DNA of 64,000 nt from Squalus acanthias (lineage: Eukaryota), in contig JASTWF010000035.1 of the NCBI GenBank assembly GCA_030390025.1, forward strand, positions 558,001 through 622,000. The letters are read 5' to 3'. Under the pieces are notes generated by a model. That model searched no databases. It worked only from the letters and a program-made list of their open reading frames with translations, and was not told where the DNA came from. Position numbers and translations under genes: made by a program. How positions within the stretch are numbered: position 1 is the first letter of the stretch; each line of letters starts with the position of its first letter. Below, piece after piece: positions 43,371-57,311 of the stretch.

Positions 43371-46300
43371 ACTCCTCTCCCTTCACTGTACACCTCTCCC
43401 TTCACTGTCCTCCTCTCCCTTCACTGTACACCTCTCTCTTCACTGTACACCTCTCCCTTCACTGTACTCCTCTCCACACCCTGTACACCTCTCCGCTCCC
43501 TGTAATCCTCACCGCTCCCTGTCCTCCTCACCCTTCATTGTACATCTCTCCCTTCACTGTACTCCTCTCTCTTCACTGTACTCCTCTCCCTTGATTGTAC
43601 ACCTCTCCCTTCACTGTTCACCTCTCCGCTCACTGTACACCTCTCCCTTCACTGTACACCTGTCCGCCCCCTGGACACCACTCCGCTCCCTGTACACATA
43701 TACTCTCTCTGTACATCTCTCCATTCACTGTAAACCTCTCCCTTCACTGTACACCTCTCTCTTCACTGTCCTCCTCTCCCTTCACTGTATACCTCTCCCT
43801 TCACTGTACTCCTCTCCCTTCACTGTTCACCTCTCCCTTCACTGTACTCCTCTCCCTTCACTATACACCTCTCCCTTCACTGTACTCCTCTCCCTTATCT
43901 GTACACCTCTCGCTTCACTGTACACCTCTCCCTTCACTGTACTCCTCACCCTTCACTGCACTTCTCTCCCTTCACTGTACACCTCTCCCTTCACTGTACA
44001 CCTCTCCCTTCACTCTACTCCTCACCCTTCACTGTACTCCTCTCCGCTCACTGTACACCTCTCCCTTCACTGTACACCTCCCCCTTCACTGTACTCCTCT
44101 CCGCTCCCTGTCCACCTCTCCGCTCCCTGTAATCCACTCCGCTCCCTGATCTCCTCTCCCTTCATTGTACAACTCTCCCTTCACTGTACTCCTCTCTCTT
44201 CACTGTACTCCTCTCCCTTGACTGTACACCTCTCCCTTCACTGTACTCCTCTCCCTTCACTGTACACCTCTCCCTTCACTGTACACCTCTCCGCTCACTG
44301 TACACCTCTCCCTTCACTATACACCTGTCCGCCCCCTGGACACCACTCCGCTCCCTGTACACATATACTCTCCCTGTACATCTCTCCATTCACTGTACAC
44401 CTCTCCCTTCACTGTACACCTCTCTCTTCACTGTCCTCCTCTCCCTTCACTGTATACCTCTCCCTTCACTGTACTCCTCTCCCTTCACTCTTCACCTCTC
44501 CCTTCACTGTACTCCTCTCCCTTCACTATACACCTCTCCCTTCACTGTACTCCTCTCCCTTCACTGTACACCTCTCGCTTCACTGTACACCTCTCCCTTC
44601 ACTGTACTCCTCACCCTTCACTGCACTCCTCTCCCTTCACTGTACACCTCTCCCTTCACTGTACACCTCTCCCTTCACTCTACTCCTCACCCTTCACTGT
44701 ACTCCTCTCCGCTCCCTGTACACCTCTCCACTCCCTGTAATCCTCTCCGCTCCCTGTCCACCTCTCCATTCACTGTACACCTCTCTCTACACTGTACTCC
44801 TCTCCCTTGACTGGACACCTCTCCCATGACTGTACACCTCTCCCTTCACTGTACACCTCTCCCTTCACTGTGCACCTCTCCCTTCACTGTACACCACTCC
44901 GCTCACTGTACACCTCTCCCTTCACTGTACACCTGTCCGCTCCCTGGACACCTCTCCGCACCCTGTACACATATACGCTCCCTGTACATCTCTCCATTCA
45001 CTGTACACCTCTTCCTTCACTGTACACCTCTCCCTTCACTGTGCACCTCTCCCTTCACTGTACAACACTCCGCTCACTGTACACCTCTCCCTTCACTGTA
45101 CTCCTCTCCCTTCACTCTTCACCTCCCCCTTCACTGTACTCCTCTCCCTTCACTATACACCTCTCCCTTCACTGTACTCCTCTTCCTTCACTGTACACCT
45201 CTCGCTTCACTGTACACCTCTCCCTTCACTGTACTCCTCACCCTTCACTGCACTCCTCTCCCTTCACTGTACACCTCTCCCTTCACTGTACACCTCTCCC
45301 TTCACTCGACTCCTCACCCTTCACTGTACTCCTCTCCGCTCCCTGTACACCTCTCCACTCCCTGTAATCCACTCCGCTCCCTGTCCACCTCTCCATTCAC
45401 TGTACACCTCTCTCTACACTGTACTCCTCTCCCTTGACTGGACACCTCTCCCATGACTGTACACCTCTCCCTTCACTGTACACCTCTCCCTTCACTGTGC
45501 ACCTCTCCCTTCACTGTACACCACTCCGCTCACTGTACACCTCTCACTTCACTGTACACCTGTCCGCTCCCTGGAATCCTCTCCGCACCCTGTACACATA
45601 TACGCTCCCTGTACATCTCTCCATTCACTGTACACCTCTTCCTTCACTGTACACCTCTCCCTTCACTGTGCACCTCTCCCTTCACTGGACACCTCTCCGC
45701 ACCCTATACACATATACGCTCCCTGTACATCTCTCCATTCACTGTACACCTCTCGCTTCACTGTACACCTCTCCCTTCACTGTACTCCTCTCCCTACAGT
45801 GTACACCTCTCCCTTCACTTTACTCCTCTCCCTTCACTGTACACCTCTCCCTTCACTGTACACCTCTCCCTTCACTGTACACCTCTCCGCTCACTGTACA
45901 CCTCTCCCTTCACTGTACACCTGTCCGCCCCCTGGACACCACTCCGCTCCCTGTACACATATACTCTCCCTGTACATCTCTCCATTCACTGTACACCTCT
46001 CCCTTCACTGTACACCTCTCTCTTCACTGTCCTCCTCTCCCTTCACTGTATACCTCTCCCTTCACTGTACTCCACTCCCTTCACTCTTCACCTCTCCCTT
46101 CACTGTACTCCTCTCCCTTCACTATACACCTCTCCCTTCACTGTACTCCTCTCCCTTCACTGTACACCTCTCGCTTCACTGTACACCTCTCCCTTCACTG
46201 TACTCCTCACCCTTCACTGCACTCCTCTCCCTTCACTGTACACCTCTCCCTTCACTGTACACCTCTCCCTTCACTCTACTCCTCACCCTTCACTGTACTC

Positions 46301-49300
46301 CTCTCCGCTCCCTGTACACCTCTCCACTCCCTGTAATCCTCTCCGCTCCCTGTCCACCTCTCCATTCACTGTACACCTCTCTCTACACTGTACTCCTCTC
46401 CCTTGACTGGACACCTCTCCCATGACTGTACACCTCTCCCTTCACTGTACACCTCTCCCTTCACTGTGCACCTCTCCCTTCACTGTACACCACTCCGCTC
46501 ACTGTACACCTCTCCCTTCACTGTACACCTGTCCGCTCCCTGGACACCTCTCCGCACCCTGTACACATATACGCTCCCTGTACATCTCTCCATTCACTGT
46601 ACACCTCTTCCTTCACTGTACACCTCTCCCTTCACTGTGCACCTCTCCCTTCACTGTACAACACTCCGCTCACTGTACACCTCTCCCTTCACTGTACTCC
46701 TCTCCCTTCACTCTTCACCTCCCCCTTCACTGTACTCCTCTCCCTTCACTATACACCTCTCCCTTCACTGTACTCCTCTCCCTTCACTGTACACCTCTCG
46801 CTTCACTGTACACCTCTCCCTTCACTGTACTCCTCACCCTTCACTGCACTCCTCTCCCTTCACTGTACACCTCTCCCTTCACTGTACACCTCTCCCTTCA
46901 CTCGACTCCTCACCCTTCACTGTACTCCTCTCCGCTCCCTGTACACCTCTCCACTCCCTGTAATCCTCTCCGCTCCCTGTCCACCTCTCCATTCACTGTA
47001 CACCTCTCTCTACACTGTACTCCTCTCCCTTGACTGGACACCTCTCCCATGACTGTACACCTCTCCCTTCACTGTACACCTCTCCCTTCACTGTGCACCT
47101 CTCCCTTCACTGTACACCACTCCGCTCACTGTACACCTCTCACTTCACTGTACACCTGTCCGCTCCCTGGAATCCTCTCCGCACCCTGTACACATATACG
47201 CTCCCTGTACATCTCTCCATTCACTGTACACCTCTTCCTTCACTGTACACCTCTCCCTTCACTGTGCACCTCTCCCTTCACTGGACACCTCTCCGCACCC
47301 TATACACATATACGCTCCCTGTACATCTCTCCATTCACTGTACACCTCTCGCTTCACTGTACACCTCTCCCTTCACTGTACTCCTCTCCCTACAGTGTAC
47401 ACCTCTCCCTTCACTTTACTCCTCTCCCTTCACTGTACACCTCTCCCTTCACTGTACACCTCTCCCTTCACTGTGCTCCTCTCCCTTCACTGTACACCTC
47501 TCCCTTCACTGTACTCCTCTCCCTTCACTGTACACCTCACCTTTCACTGCACACCTCTCCCTTCACTGTACACCTCTCCCTTCACTGTACTCCTCTCCCT
47601 TCACTGTACTCCTCTCCCTTCACTGTACACCTCTCCCTTCACTGTCCTCCTCTCCCTTCACTGTACACCTCTCTCTTCACTGTACACCTCTCCCTTCACT
47701 GTACTCCTCTCCACACCCTGTACACCTCTCCGCTCCCTGTAATCCTCACCGCTCCCTGTCCTCCTCACCCTTCATTGTACATCTCTCCCTTCACTGTACT
47801 CCTCTCTCTTCACTGTACTCCTCTCCCTTGACTGTACACCTCTCCCTTCACTGTTCACCTCTCCGCTCACTGTACACCTCTCCCTTCACTGTACACCTGT
47901 CCGCCCCCTGGACACCACTCCGCTCCCTGTACACATATACTCTCCCTGTACATCTCTCCATTCACTGTAAACCTCTCCCTTCACTGTACACCTCTCTCTT
48001 CACTGTCCTCCTCTCCCTTCACTGTATACCTCTCCCTTCACTGTACTCCTCTCCCTTCACTGTTCACCTCTCCCTTCACTGTACTCCTCTCCCTTCACTA
48101 TACACCTCTCCCTTCACTGTACTCCTCTCCCTTATCTGTACACCTCTCGCTTCACTGTACACCTCTCCCTTCACTGTACTCCTCACCCTTCACTGCACTT
48201 CTCTCCCTTCACTGTACACCTCTCCCTTCACTGTACACCTCTCCCTTCACTCTACTCCTCACCCTTCACTGTACTCCTCTCCGCTCCCTGTACACCTCAC
48301 CCTTCACTGTACACCTCTCTCTACACTGTACTCCTCTCCCTTGACTGGACACCTCTCCCTTGACTGTACACCTCTCCCTTCACTGTACACCTCTCCCTTC
48401 ACTGTGCACCTCTCCCTTCACTGTACACCACTCCGCTCACTGTACACCTCTCCCTTCACTGTACACCTGTCCGCTCCCTGGACATCTCTCCGAACCCTGT
48501 ACACATATACGCTCCCTGTACATCTCTCCATTCACTGTACACCTCTCGCTTCACTGTACACCTCTCTCTTCACTGTACTCCTCTCCCTTGACTGTACTCC
48601 TCTCCCTTCACTGTAGTCCTCTCCCTTCACTGTACTCCTCTCCCTTCAATGCACACCTCTCCCTTTACTGTACACCTCTCCCTTCACTGTAGTCCTCTCC
48701 CTTCACTGTACTCCTCTCCCTACAATGTACACATCTCCCTTCACTTTACTCCTCTCCCTTCACTGTACACCTCTCCCTTCACTGTGCTCCTCTCCTTTCA
48801 CTGTACTCCTCTCCCTTCACTGTACAAATCCCCTTCACTGTACACCTCTCCCTTCACTTTACTCCTCTCCCTTCAATGTACACCTCTCCCTTCACTGTAC
48901 ACCTCTCCCTTCACTGTAGACCTCTCCCTTCACTGTCCTCCTCTCCCTTCACTGTACACCTCTCTCTTCACTGTACACCTCTCCCTTCACTGTACTCCTC
49001 TCTGCTCCCTGTACACCTCTCCGCTCCCTGTAATCCTCTCCGCTCCCTGTCCTCCTCTCCCTTCATTGTACAACTCTCCCTTCACTGTACTCCTCTCTCT
49101 TCACTGTACACCTCTCCCTTCACTGTACACCTCTCCCTTCACTGTACACCTCTCCGCTCACTGTACACCTCTCCCTTCACTGTACACCTGTCCGCCCCCT
49201 GGACACCACTCCGCTCCCTGTACACATATACTCTCCCTGTACATCTCTCCATTCACTGTACACCTCTCCCTTTACTGTACACCTCTCTCTTCACTGTCCT

Positions 49301-52074
49301 CCTCTCCCTTCACTGTATACCTCTCCCTTCACTGTACTCCTCTCCCTTCACTGTTCACCTCTCCCTTCACTATACACCTCTCCCTTCACTATACACCTCT
49401 CCCTTCACTGTACTCCTCTCCCTTCACTGTACACCTCTCGCTTCACTGTACTCCTCACCCTTCACTTCACTCCTCCCCCTTCACTGTACACCTCTCCCTT
49501 CACTATACACCTCTCCCTTCACTGTACTCCTCTCCCTTCACTGTACACCTCTCCCTTCACTGTACTCCTCACCCTTCACTTCACTCCTCTCCCCTCACTG
49601 TACACCTCTCCCTTCACTGTACACCTCTCCCTTCATTCTACTCCTCACCCTTCACTGTACTCCTCTCCCTTCACTGTACACCTCTCCCTTCACTGTACTC
49701 CTCTCCCTTCCCTGTACACCTCTCCGCTCCCTGTAATCCTCTCCGCTCCCTGTCCACCTCTCCATTCACTGAACACCTCTCTCTACACTGTACTCCTCTC
49801 CCTTGACTGGACACCTCTCCCTTGACTGTACACCTCTCCCTTCACTGTACACCTCTCCCTTCACTGTGCACCTCTCCCTTCACTGTACACCACTCCGCTC
49901 ACTGTACACCTCCCCCTTCACTGTACACCTGTCCGCTCCCTGGACACCTCTCCGCACCTTGTACACCTATACGCTCCCTGTACATCTCTCCATTCAATTT
50001 ACACCTCTCCCTTCACTGTACACCTCTCCCTTCACTGTGCACCTCTCCCTTCACTGTACACCACTCCGCTCACTGTACACCTCTCCCTTCACTGTACACC
50101 TGTCCACTCCCTGGACACCTCTCCGCACCCTGTACACATATATGCTCCCTGTACATCTCTCCATTCACTGTACACCTCTCCCTTCAATGTACACCTCTCC
50201 CTTCACTGTACACCTCTCCCTTCACTGTACACCTCTCTCTTCACTGTAAACCTCTCCCTTCACTGTACACCTCTCCCTTCACTGTACTCCTCTCCCTTCA
50301 CTGTACACCTCTCCCTTCACTGTACACCTGTCCCTTCACTGTACACCTCTCCCTTCACTGTACACCTCTCCCTTCACTGTACTCCTCTCCCTTCACTGTA
50401 CTCCTCTCCCTTCACTGTACACCTCTCCCTTCACTGTACACCTCTCCCTTCACTGTACACCTTTCCCTTCACTGTACTCCTCTCCCTTCACTGTACACCT
50501 CTCCCTTCACTGTACTCCTCTCCCTTCACTGTACTCCTCTCCCTTCAATGTAAACCTCTCCCTTCACTGTAGTCCTCTCCCTTCACTGTACACCTCTCCC
50601 TTCACTGTACTCCTCTCCCTTCACTGTAAACCTCTCCCTTCACTGTACAACTTTCCCTTCACTGTACACCTCTCCCTTCACTGTACACCTCTCTCTTCAC
50701 TGTACTCCTCTCCCTTCACTGTACTCCTCTCCCTTCACTGTACACCTCTCCCTTCACTGTATTCCTCTCCCTTCACTGTACTCCTCTCCCTTCACTGTAC
50801 ACCTCTGCCTTCACTGTACTCCTCTCCCTTCACTGTACACCTCTCCCTTCACTGTACTCCTCTCCCTTCACTGTAAACCTCTCCCTTCACTGTACAACTT
50901 TCCCTTCACTGTACACCTCTCCCTTCACTGTACACCTCTCCCTTCACTGTACACCTCTCTCTTCACTGTACTCCTCTCCCTTCACAGTACTCCTGGCCCT
51001 TCACTGTACACCTCTCCCTTCACTGTACACCGCTCCCTTCACTGTACTCCTCTCCCTTCACTGTACACCTCTCTCTTCACTTTACACCGCTCCCTTCACT
51101 GTACTCCTCACCCTTCACTGTACACCTCTCCCTTCACTGTACTCCTCTCCCTTCACTGTACACCTCTCCCCTCACTGTACTCCTCTCCCTTCACTGTACT
51201 CCTATCCCTTCACTCTACTCCTCTCCCTTCACTGTACTCCTCTCCCTTCACTGTACTCCTCTCCCTTCACTGTACAACTCTCCCTTCACTGTACTCCTCT
51301 CCCTTCACTGTACTCCTCTCCCTTCACTGTACTCCTCTCCCTTCTCTGTACACCTCTCCCTTCACTGTACTCCTCTCCCTTCACTGTACACCTCTCTCTT
51401 CACTGTACTCCTCTCCCTTCATGTACACCTCTCCCTTCGCTGTACACCTCTCCCTTGACTGTAAACCTCTCCCTTCACTGTACTCCTCTCCATTCACGGT
51501 ACTCCTCTCCCTTCACTGTGCACTTCTCCCTTCACTGTTCACCTCTCCCTTCACTGTACTCCTCTCCTATCACTGTACTCCTCTCCCTTCACTGTACACC
51601 TCTCTCTTCACTGTACTCCTCTCCCTTGACTGTACACCTCTCCCTTCACTGTAGTCCTCTCCCTTCACTGTACACCTCTCCCTTCGCTGTACTACTCTCC
51701 CTTCGCTGTACTCCTCTCCCTTCACTGTACACCTCTCCCTTCACTGTACTCCTCTCCCTTCACTGCACACCTCTCCCTTCACTGTACTCCTCTCCCTTCA
51801 CTGTATACCTCTCCCTTCACTGTACACCACTCCGCTCACTGTACACCTCTCCCTTCACTGTACACCTGTCCGCTCCCTGGACACCTCTCCGCACCCTGTA
51901 CACATATACGCTCCCTGTACATCTCTCCATTCACTGTACACCTCTCGCTTCACTGTACACCTCTCTCTTCACTGTACTCCTCTCCCTTGACTGTACACCT
52001 CTCCCTTCACTTTAGTCCTCTCGCTTCACTGTACTCCTCTCCTTTCAATGCACACCTCTCCCTTTACTGTACAC
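43371..52074. repeat. 19-bp tandem satellite, continued, with higher-order repeats
   Basis: ~450 units; marker variant ttgactggacacctctcccatgac recurs near 44807, 45434, 46403 and 47030. Confidence 0.95.
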
Positions 52075-55000
52075 TGTAAGGGATTCCTGACCCTGCGTGT
52101 CTCGCAGCCTGTGAGATTCACGCGGCTCTGTGCAGCCTGTATGTCAGTGCGGGTCTAGGCCTGGTTGCCTGTTCTGGTCTCCAGCCAGTCTGGGAACACT
52201 AGACACACCTGTGAGTGGTTCGAATCACTCTCCCTTACGGTTCTAGACACTGGACTTAGATGCGAGAGCAGTAATGGAGATAAAACTCATGTAGACTTGG
52301 TTTGAATGGTACGAAATGGAAAATCTTTATTGCATGATACTTAAGATTATGAAATACATGTCATAAGCACAGATTAATGACAGTACAATCTTACAAACAG
52401 TTATATAGTCAATCTTAGGGAAACGAGGAACGAACGGCACAAAGTAAATAGGGGCACACATTACAAATATCCTTAATCTTTAAACCCTCCCCTATCAATA
52501 TCTATCCTAAACTAGCTTCGTAGGATCTCGAGACTCATGCTCACCACTCGTGATAACTCGGAGAAATTCCGAATAGCTGATCGGATGTTTTTCACCGCAG
52601 CACCCACGTGTCGGTCAGGAGATCTCCTGGTCCCACTTGTTTACTTGCTTCTGCTGCTCCGGCTAGTAGGCTGGACCGTCTGCTGTGATGAAGACCTGTG
52701 TTGGTTGGCTTAACAGGTACTCTTGGAGCACAGTTGTCAATATCATCGATACGATGTGTTTTCACGTTCCAATCTCCTTAGACACAGTCCCGTTATCGTC
52801 GATGCAATATGTTTTGTTAGAAGTTTAAAATAGAAAACTTCCTGGCGAGGAAAACTTGGCTGATCGACCTACAGGCGCGGTCGGGATTTACTGACCGTGG
52901 CGATGGATATGGTCTTCTTCTCTTCTCCTCTCATCTCATCTCATCTCATCTCATCTCGGGCCTTTGGTTCCGCTGCCAGTTACCAACATAGGTCTTCGTT
53001 ACGCGACACGAGGTAGATCCGAACGGATCAGAAAGTTCAACAGTCTTTTCAGAAGAGGCAACAGGCAAGCAGCAGCCCAACTACGAGTACACAGGAGCAG
53101 CCACGAGGTTACGAATCGACCGGATAAAAGCACAGGAGCAAGCGAGCGAATGCAGGAGCAAGAGAGAGAATGGACGGTTTGGAGCCTGCAATTATAGTGC
53201 AAAATCTTCCGTTTCCCGCCCAACTATAATGTCCATTCTTTTGTTTAGGGTTTGGCGCCCAAATGTCTTGTATGGGTGATCTCCGTTCTTAATGGGTTTC
53301 GGGGCTACTCATGAATGTTTGAGTACCTGTTAATATTTCTCCCATTGTTAAATCGGTCGGTGTTCTCCCTGGAGGGGTTTGGGGCTTCCAAGTGTCCTGT
53401 ATAACTACCTGCTAACGGCTCTCTCATCGTAGAGTCGTTGGGAGTTTACATATTAATGTCTTTTGGATGGGCCCTTGATTACTCGGTACAATGGCTTTCC
53501 TTTGTACCTGGGAGACCGATTCCAGTATCTATGTTTATACTGCAAACCCATAATGTCTCGTGTATTATCTTCACTGTGCTGAATCGTTATCGATCTTGCA
53601 CAAATGTTTAATGGAACGCCATCTTGTCTGCCTGTTGAAAAGTCTAGAATGTTCTGTCACGAGGTGCGGCGGCCATTTTACAGGCTGCTTGTGTCCAATT
53701 TAAACCTGCCAGCATTCTGCTGAAATAAAAGCTGTTTGAACGAAACTTTGTGTTTTCTCCTTATTAATCAAATCGCGATATATTGCGAATTCTACAGTCC
53801 CTCCTGTTGATGCGAATAACTCCGCTTATCGTATCAAAAATCACAGTGGTGAGCAATATTATCTCGATTTCTCTCCGAATCCAGTAAATTAATCCCATAA
53901 TTTTTAACTTATCTAGGGTCTCTGTGTCGTCCTTATTTCCCAAGAAAATCACATTTTATATCACCGTAGGCATTATTTGCCCTTAAACTTACACCACTTG
54001 TTTTCCTTCCCGGCGTAACCAGGCCGATACCTCTCGTATCACCTGTATATTCGTCTTTTATTCAGGGAAAGGAAAAAAACAAAACCCAAAACCAAACAAT
54101 CAACACCATCACCAAAATAATCAAACCCCAACTCTGAAAACATGTCGAGCTTCCAACGTATTTACAATCTTATATGAGTACAAACTTCCGCGGCGCACGC
54201 GGCGAGCGGGAGTGACGCCATTTTCCGATTACACGGTGCTCTCATCGTGCACGCGCACGTAACGTTCTCGCCACTCTCCCGTGTTTTCATGCTGGGTGAG
54301 GCGCTTGTCTCTTTTACAATGTATGACCAATAGGTACACTACAATAAACACTTGACATACGACTAAAATGTGGGAGGCTATTCTGATCCATGAAGGCACT
54401 TCAATATTAGTGAACAGATTCCACCACGGTGGAACTACTATATCCAGAATGTCTGTTCCTATTTCGACAGTTTTCTGCTCTAATGTATAAAAATGTTTCT
54501 GTGATACCGCGATGGCTTTCAGAAGTTTGGTTAAATGCTCAGGGAGAGGGGGAATGAGGTATCCAAAATGCGCGACAAATCGCTGCAAGTCGGTGAAATT
54601 CTCTTTTACTGTGAGATGAACAGTGGATGGTTCAGGGATTGGGATAATTCGCTGTTGTGCTACTTGAACTTCAGCCCTGGGTTTAAAACAGAAACTGCTG
54701 TCACTCACCGGACACCGGCTACGGTTTCCATGCTGGTAGTGTTGCGCTGCAGTGGTAACACAATATGTTCCACCCCCGATGTATGCTACCTGCGGAGGCA
54801 CATGATCTTGTGCCATTGCCTCCATGGTGCAATTCATGGACTTGGCGCCAGCCGTTCTGAACCCGCACTGTGGTGTTAAAAAGGCATTCAAGTGCTGGGG
54901 GCACAGTATTATGTGTGCTCCCCTGCCACGACAACCAGAGAGATCTGTACCTGTCATCGTTTGCTCCCAGCGGATGACGTAAGGTGGAACCGCTGCATAA

Positions 55001-55212
55001 CGAATGTGGGCTCCCCCCTGAATGACACCAATGTTCTCTACCCGATACAGCGGGGCGGGCTTTGCTGTGTCGCCCAAAACCGGCATGCGTAATACTATTC
55101 CCATAATAGTATGGTTTGATCGTCCGCAGTCCACGGGGACTGGGTAAGCTTCTGAAGCTAGCCTGAGCTGGCACGGACTTAATGCGTTCTGAAAAGGGTG
55201 GAGCGCCCGTAG
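52075..55212 (-). mobile_element. ERV-D: 3' LTR (52075-53796), PPT, 3' UTR and 3' part of env, interrupted by ERV-E
   Basis: LTR starts after satellite ...ctgtACAC; env similarity ends at 55212 where a new LTR begins. Confidence 0.9.
54229..55212 (-). pseudogene. env: ERV-D env 3' part, disrupted by ERV-E
   Basis: DCGRSNHTIMGIVLRMP...HDESTV. Confidence 0.9.
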
Positions 55213-57311
55213 TGTAAGGGATTTCCCCGACCCTGCGTGTCTCGTAGCCTGTGAGATCCACGCGGCTCTGTGCAGCCTGTATGTCAGTGCGGGTCTAGGC
55301 CTGGTTGCCTGTTCTGGTCTCCAGCCAGTCTGGGAACACTAGACACACCTGTGAGTGGTTCGAATCACTCTCCCTTACGGTTCTAGACACTGGACTTAGA
55401 TGCGAGAGCAGTAATGGAGATAAAACTCATGTAGACTTGGTTTGAATGGTACGAAATGGAAAATCTTTATTGCATGATACTTAAAATTATGAAATACATG
55501 TCATAAGCACAGATTAATGACAGTACAATCTTACAAACAGTTATATAGTCAATCTTAGGGAAACGAGGAACGAACGGCACAACGTAAATAGGGGCACACA
55601 TTACAAATATCCTTAATCTTTAAACCCTCCCCTATCAATATCTATCCTAAACTAGCTTCGTAGGATCTCGAGACTCATGCTCACCACTCGTGATAACTCG
55701 GAGAAATTCCGAATAGCTGATCGGATGTTTTTCACCGCAGCACCCACGTGTCGGTCAGGAGATCTCCTGGTCCCACTTGTTTACTTGCTTCTGCTGCTCC
55801 GGCTAGTAGGCTGGACCGTCTGCTGTGGTGAAGACCTCTGTTGGTGGGTTTCACAGTTTAGTCTTGGAGCACCGTTGTCAATATCATTGATACGATGTGT
55901 TTTCCACGTTCCAACCTCCTTAGAAGTTTAAAGAGGAAAACTTCCTGGCGAGAAAACTTGGCTGATCGACCTACAGGCGCGGTCGGGATTTACTGACCGT
56001 GGCGATGGATATGGTCTTCTTCTCTTCTCCTCTCATCTCATCTCATCTCAGGCCTTTGGTTCCGCTGCCAGTTACCAACATAGGTCTTCGTTACGCGACA
56101 CGAGGTAGATCCGAACGGATCAGAAAGTTCAACAGTCTTTTCAGAAGAGGCAACAGGCACGCAGAAGCCCAACTACGAGTACACAGGAGCAGCCACGAGG
56201 TTACGAATCGACCGGATAAAACACAGGAGCAAGCGAGCGAATGCAGGAGCAAGAGAGAGAATGGACGGTTTGGAGCCTGCAATTATAGTGCAAAAATCTT
56301 CCGTTTCCCGCCCAACTATAATGTCCATTCTTTTGTTTAGGGTTTGGCGCCCAAATGTCTTGTATGGGTGATCTCCGTTCTTAATGGGTTTCAGGGCTAC
56401 TCATGAATGTTTGAGTACCTGTTAATATTTCTCCCATTGTTAAATCGGTCGGTGTTCTCCCTGGAGGGGTTTGGGGCTTCCAAGTGTCCTGTATAACTAC
56501 CTGCTAACGGCTCTCTCATCGTAGAGTCGTTGGGAGTTTACATATTAATGTCTTTTGGATGGGCCCTTGATTACTCGGTACAATGGCTTTCCTTTGTACC
56601 TGGGAGACCGATTCCAGTATCTATGTTTATACTGCAAACCCATAATGTCTCGTGTATTATCTTCACTGTGCTGAATCGTTATCGATCTTGCACAAATGTT
56701 TAATGGAACGCCATCTTGTCTGCCTGTTGAAAAGTCTAGAATGTTCTGTCACGAGGTGCGGCGGCCATTTTACAGGCTGCTTGTGTCCAATTTAAACCTG
56801 CCAGCATTCTGCTGAAATAAAAGCTGTTTGAACGAAACTTTGTGTTTTCTCCTTATTAATCAAATCGCGATATATTGCGAATTCTACAGTCCCTCCTGTT
56901 GATGCGAATAACTCCGCTTATCGTATCAAAAATCACAGTGGTGAGCAATCTTATCTCGATTTCACTCCGAATCCAGTAAATTAATCCCATAATTTTTAAC
57001 TTAACTAGGGTCTCTGTGTCGTCCTTATTTCCCAAGAAAATCACATTTTATATCACCGTAGGCATCATTTGCCCTTAAACTTACACCACTTGTTTTCCTT
57101 CCCGGCGTAACCAGGCCGATACCTCACGCATCACCTGTATATTTGTCTTTTATTCAGGGAAAGGAAAAAACAAAACCCAAAACCAAACAATCAACACCAT
57201 CACCAAAATAAACAAATCCCAACTCTTAAACATGTCGAGTTTCCAACGTATTTACAATGAGTACAAACTTCCGCGGCGCACGCGGCGAGCGGGAGTGACG
57301 CCATTTTCCGA

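Noticed and set aside
30146..52015. Many long Leu/His/Pro/Ser/Thr-rich plus-strand ORFs
   Set aside because: By-product of a 19-bp repeat without stop codons; all three frames give the same periodic peptide
30194..52074. CRISPR-like or telomeric array
   Set aside because: No unique spacers, no cas genes, no TTAGGG; plain tandem satellite in eukaryotic DNA
54719..55261. 180-aa chimeric ORF across the ERV-E LTR / ERV-D env junction
   Set aside because: Accidental product of the insertion with a GTG start
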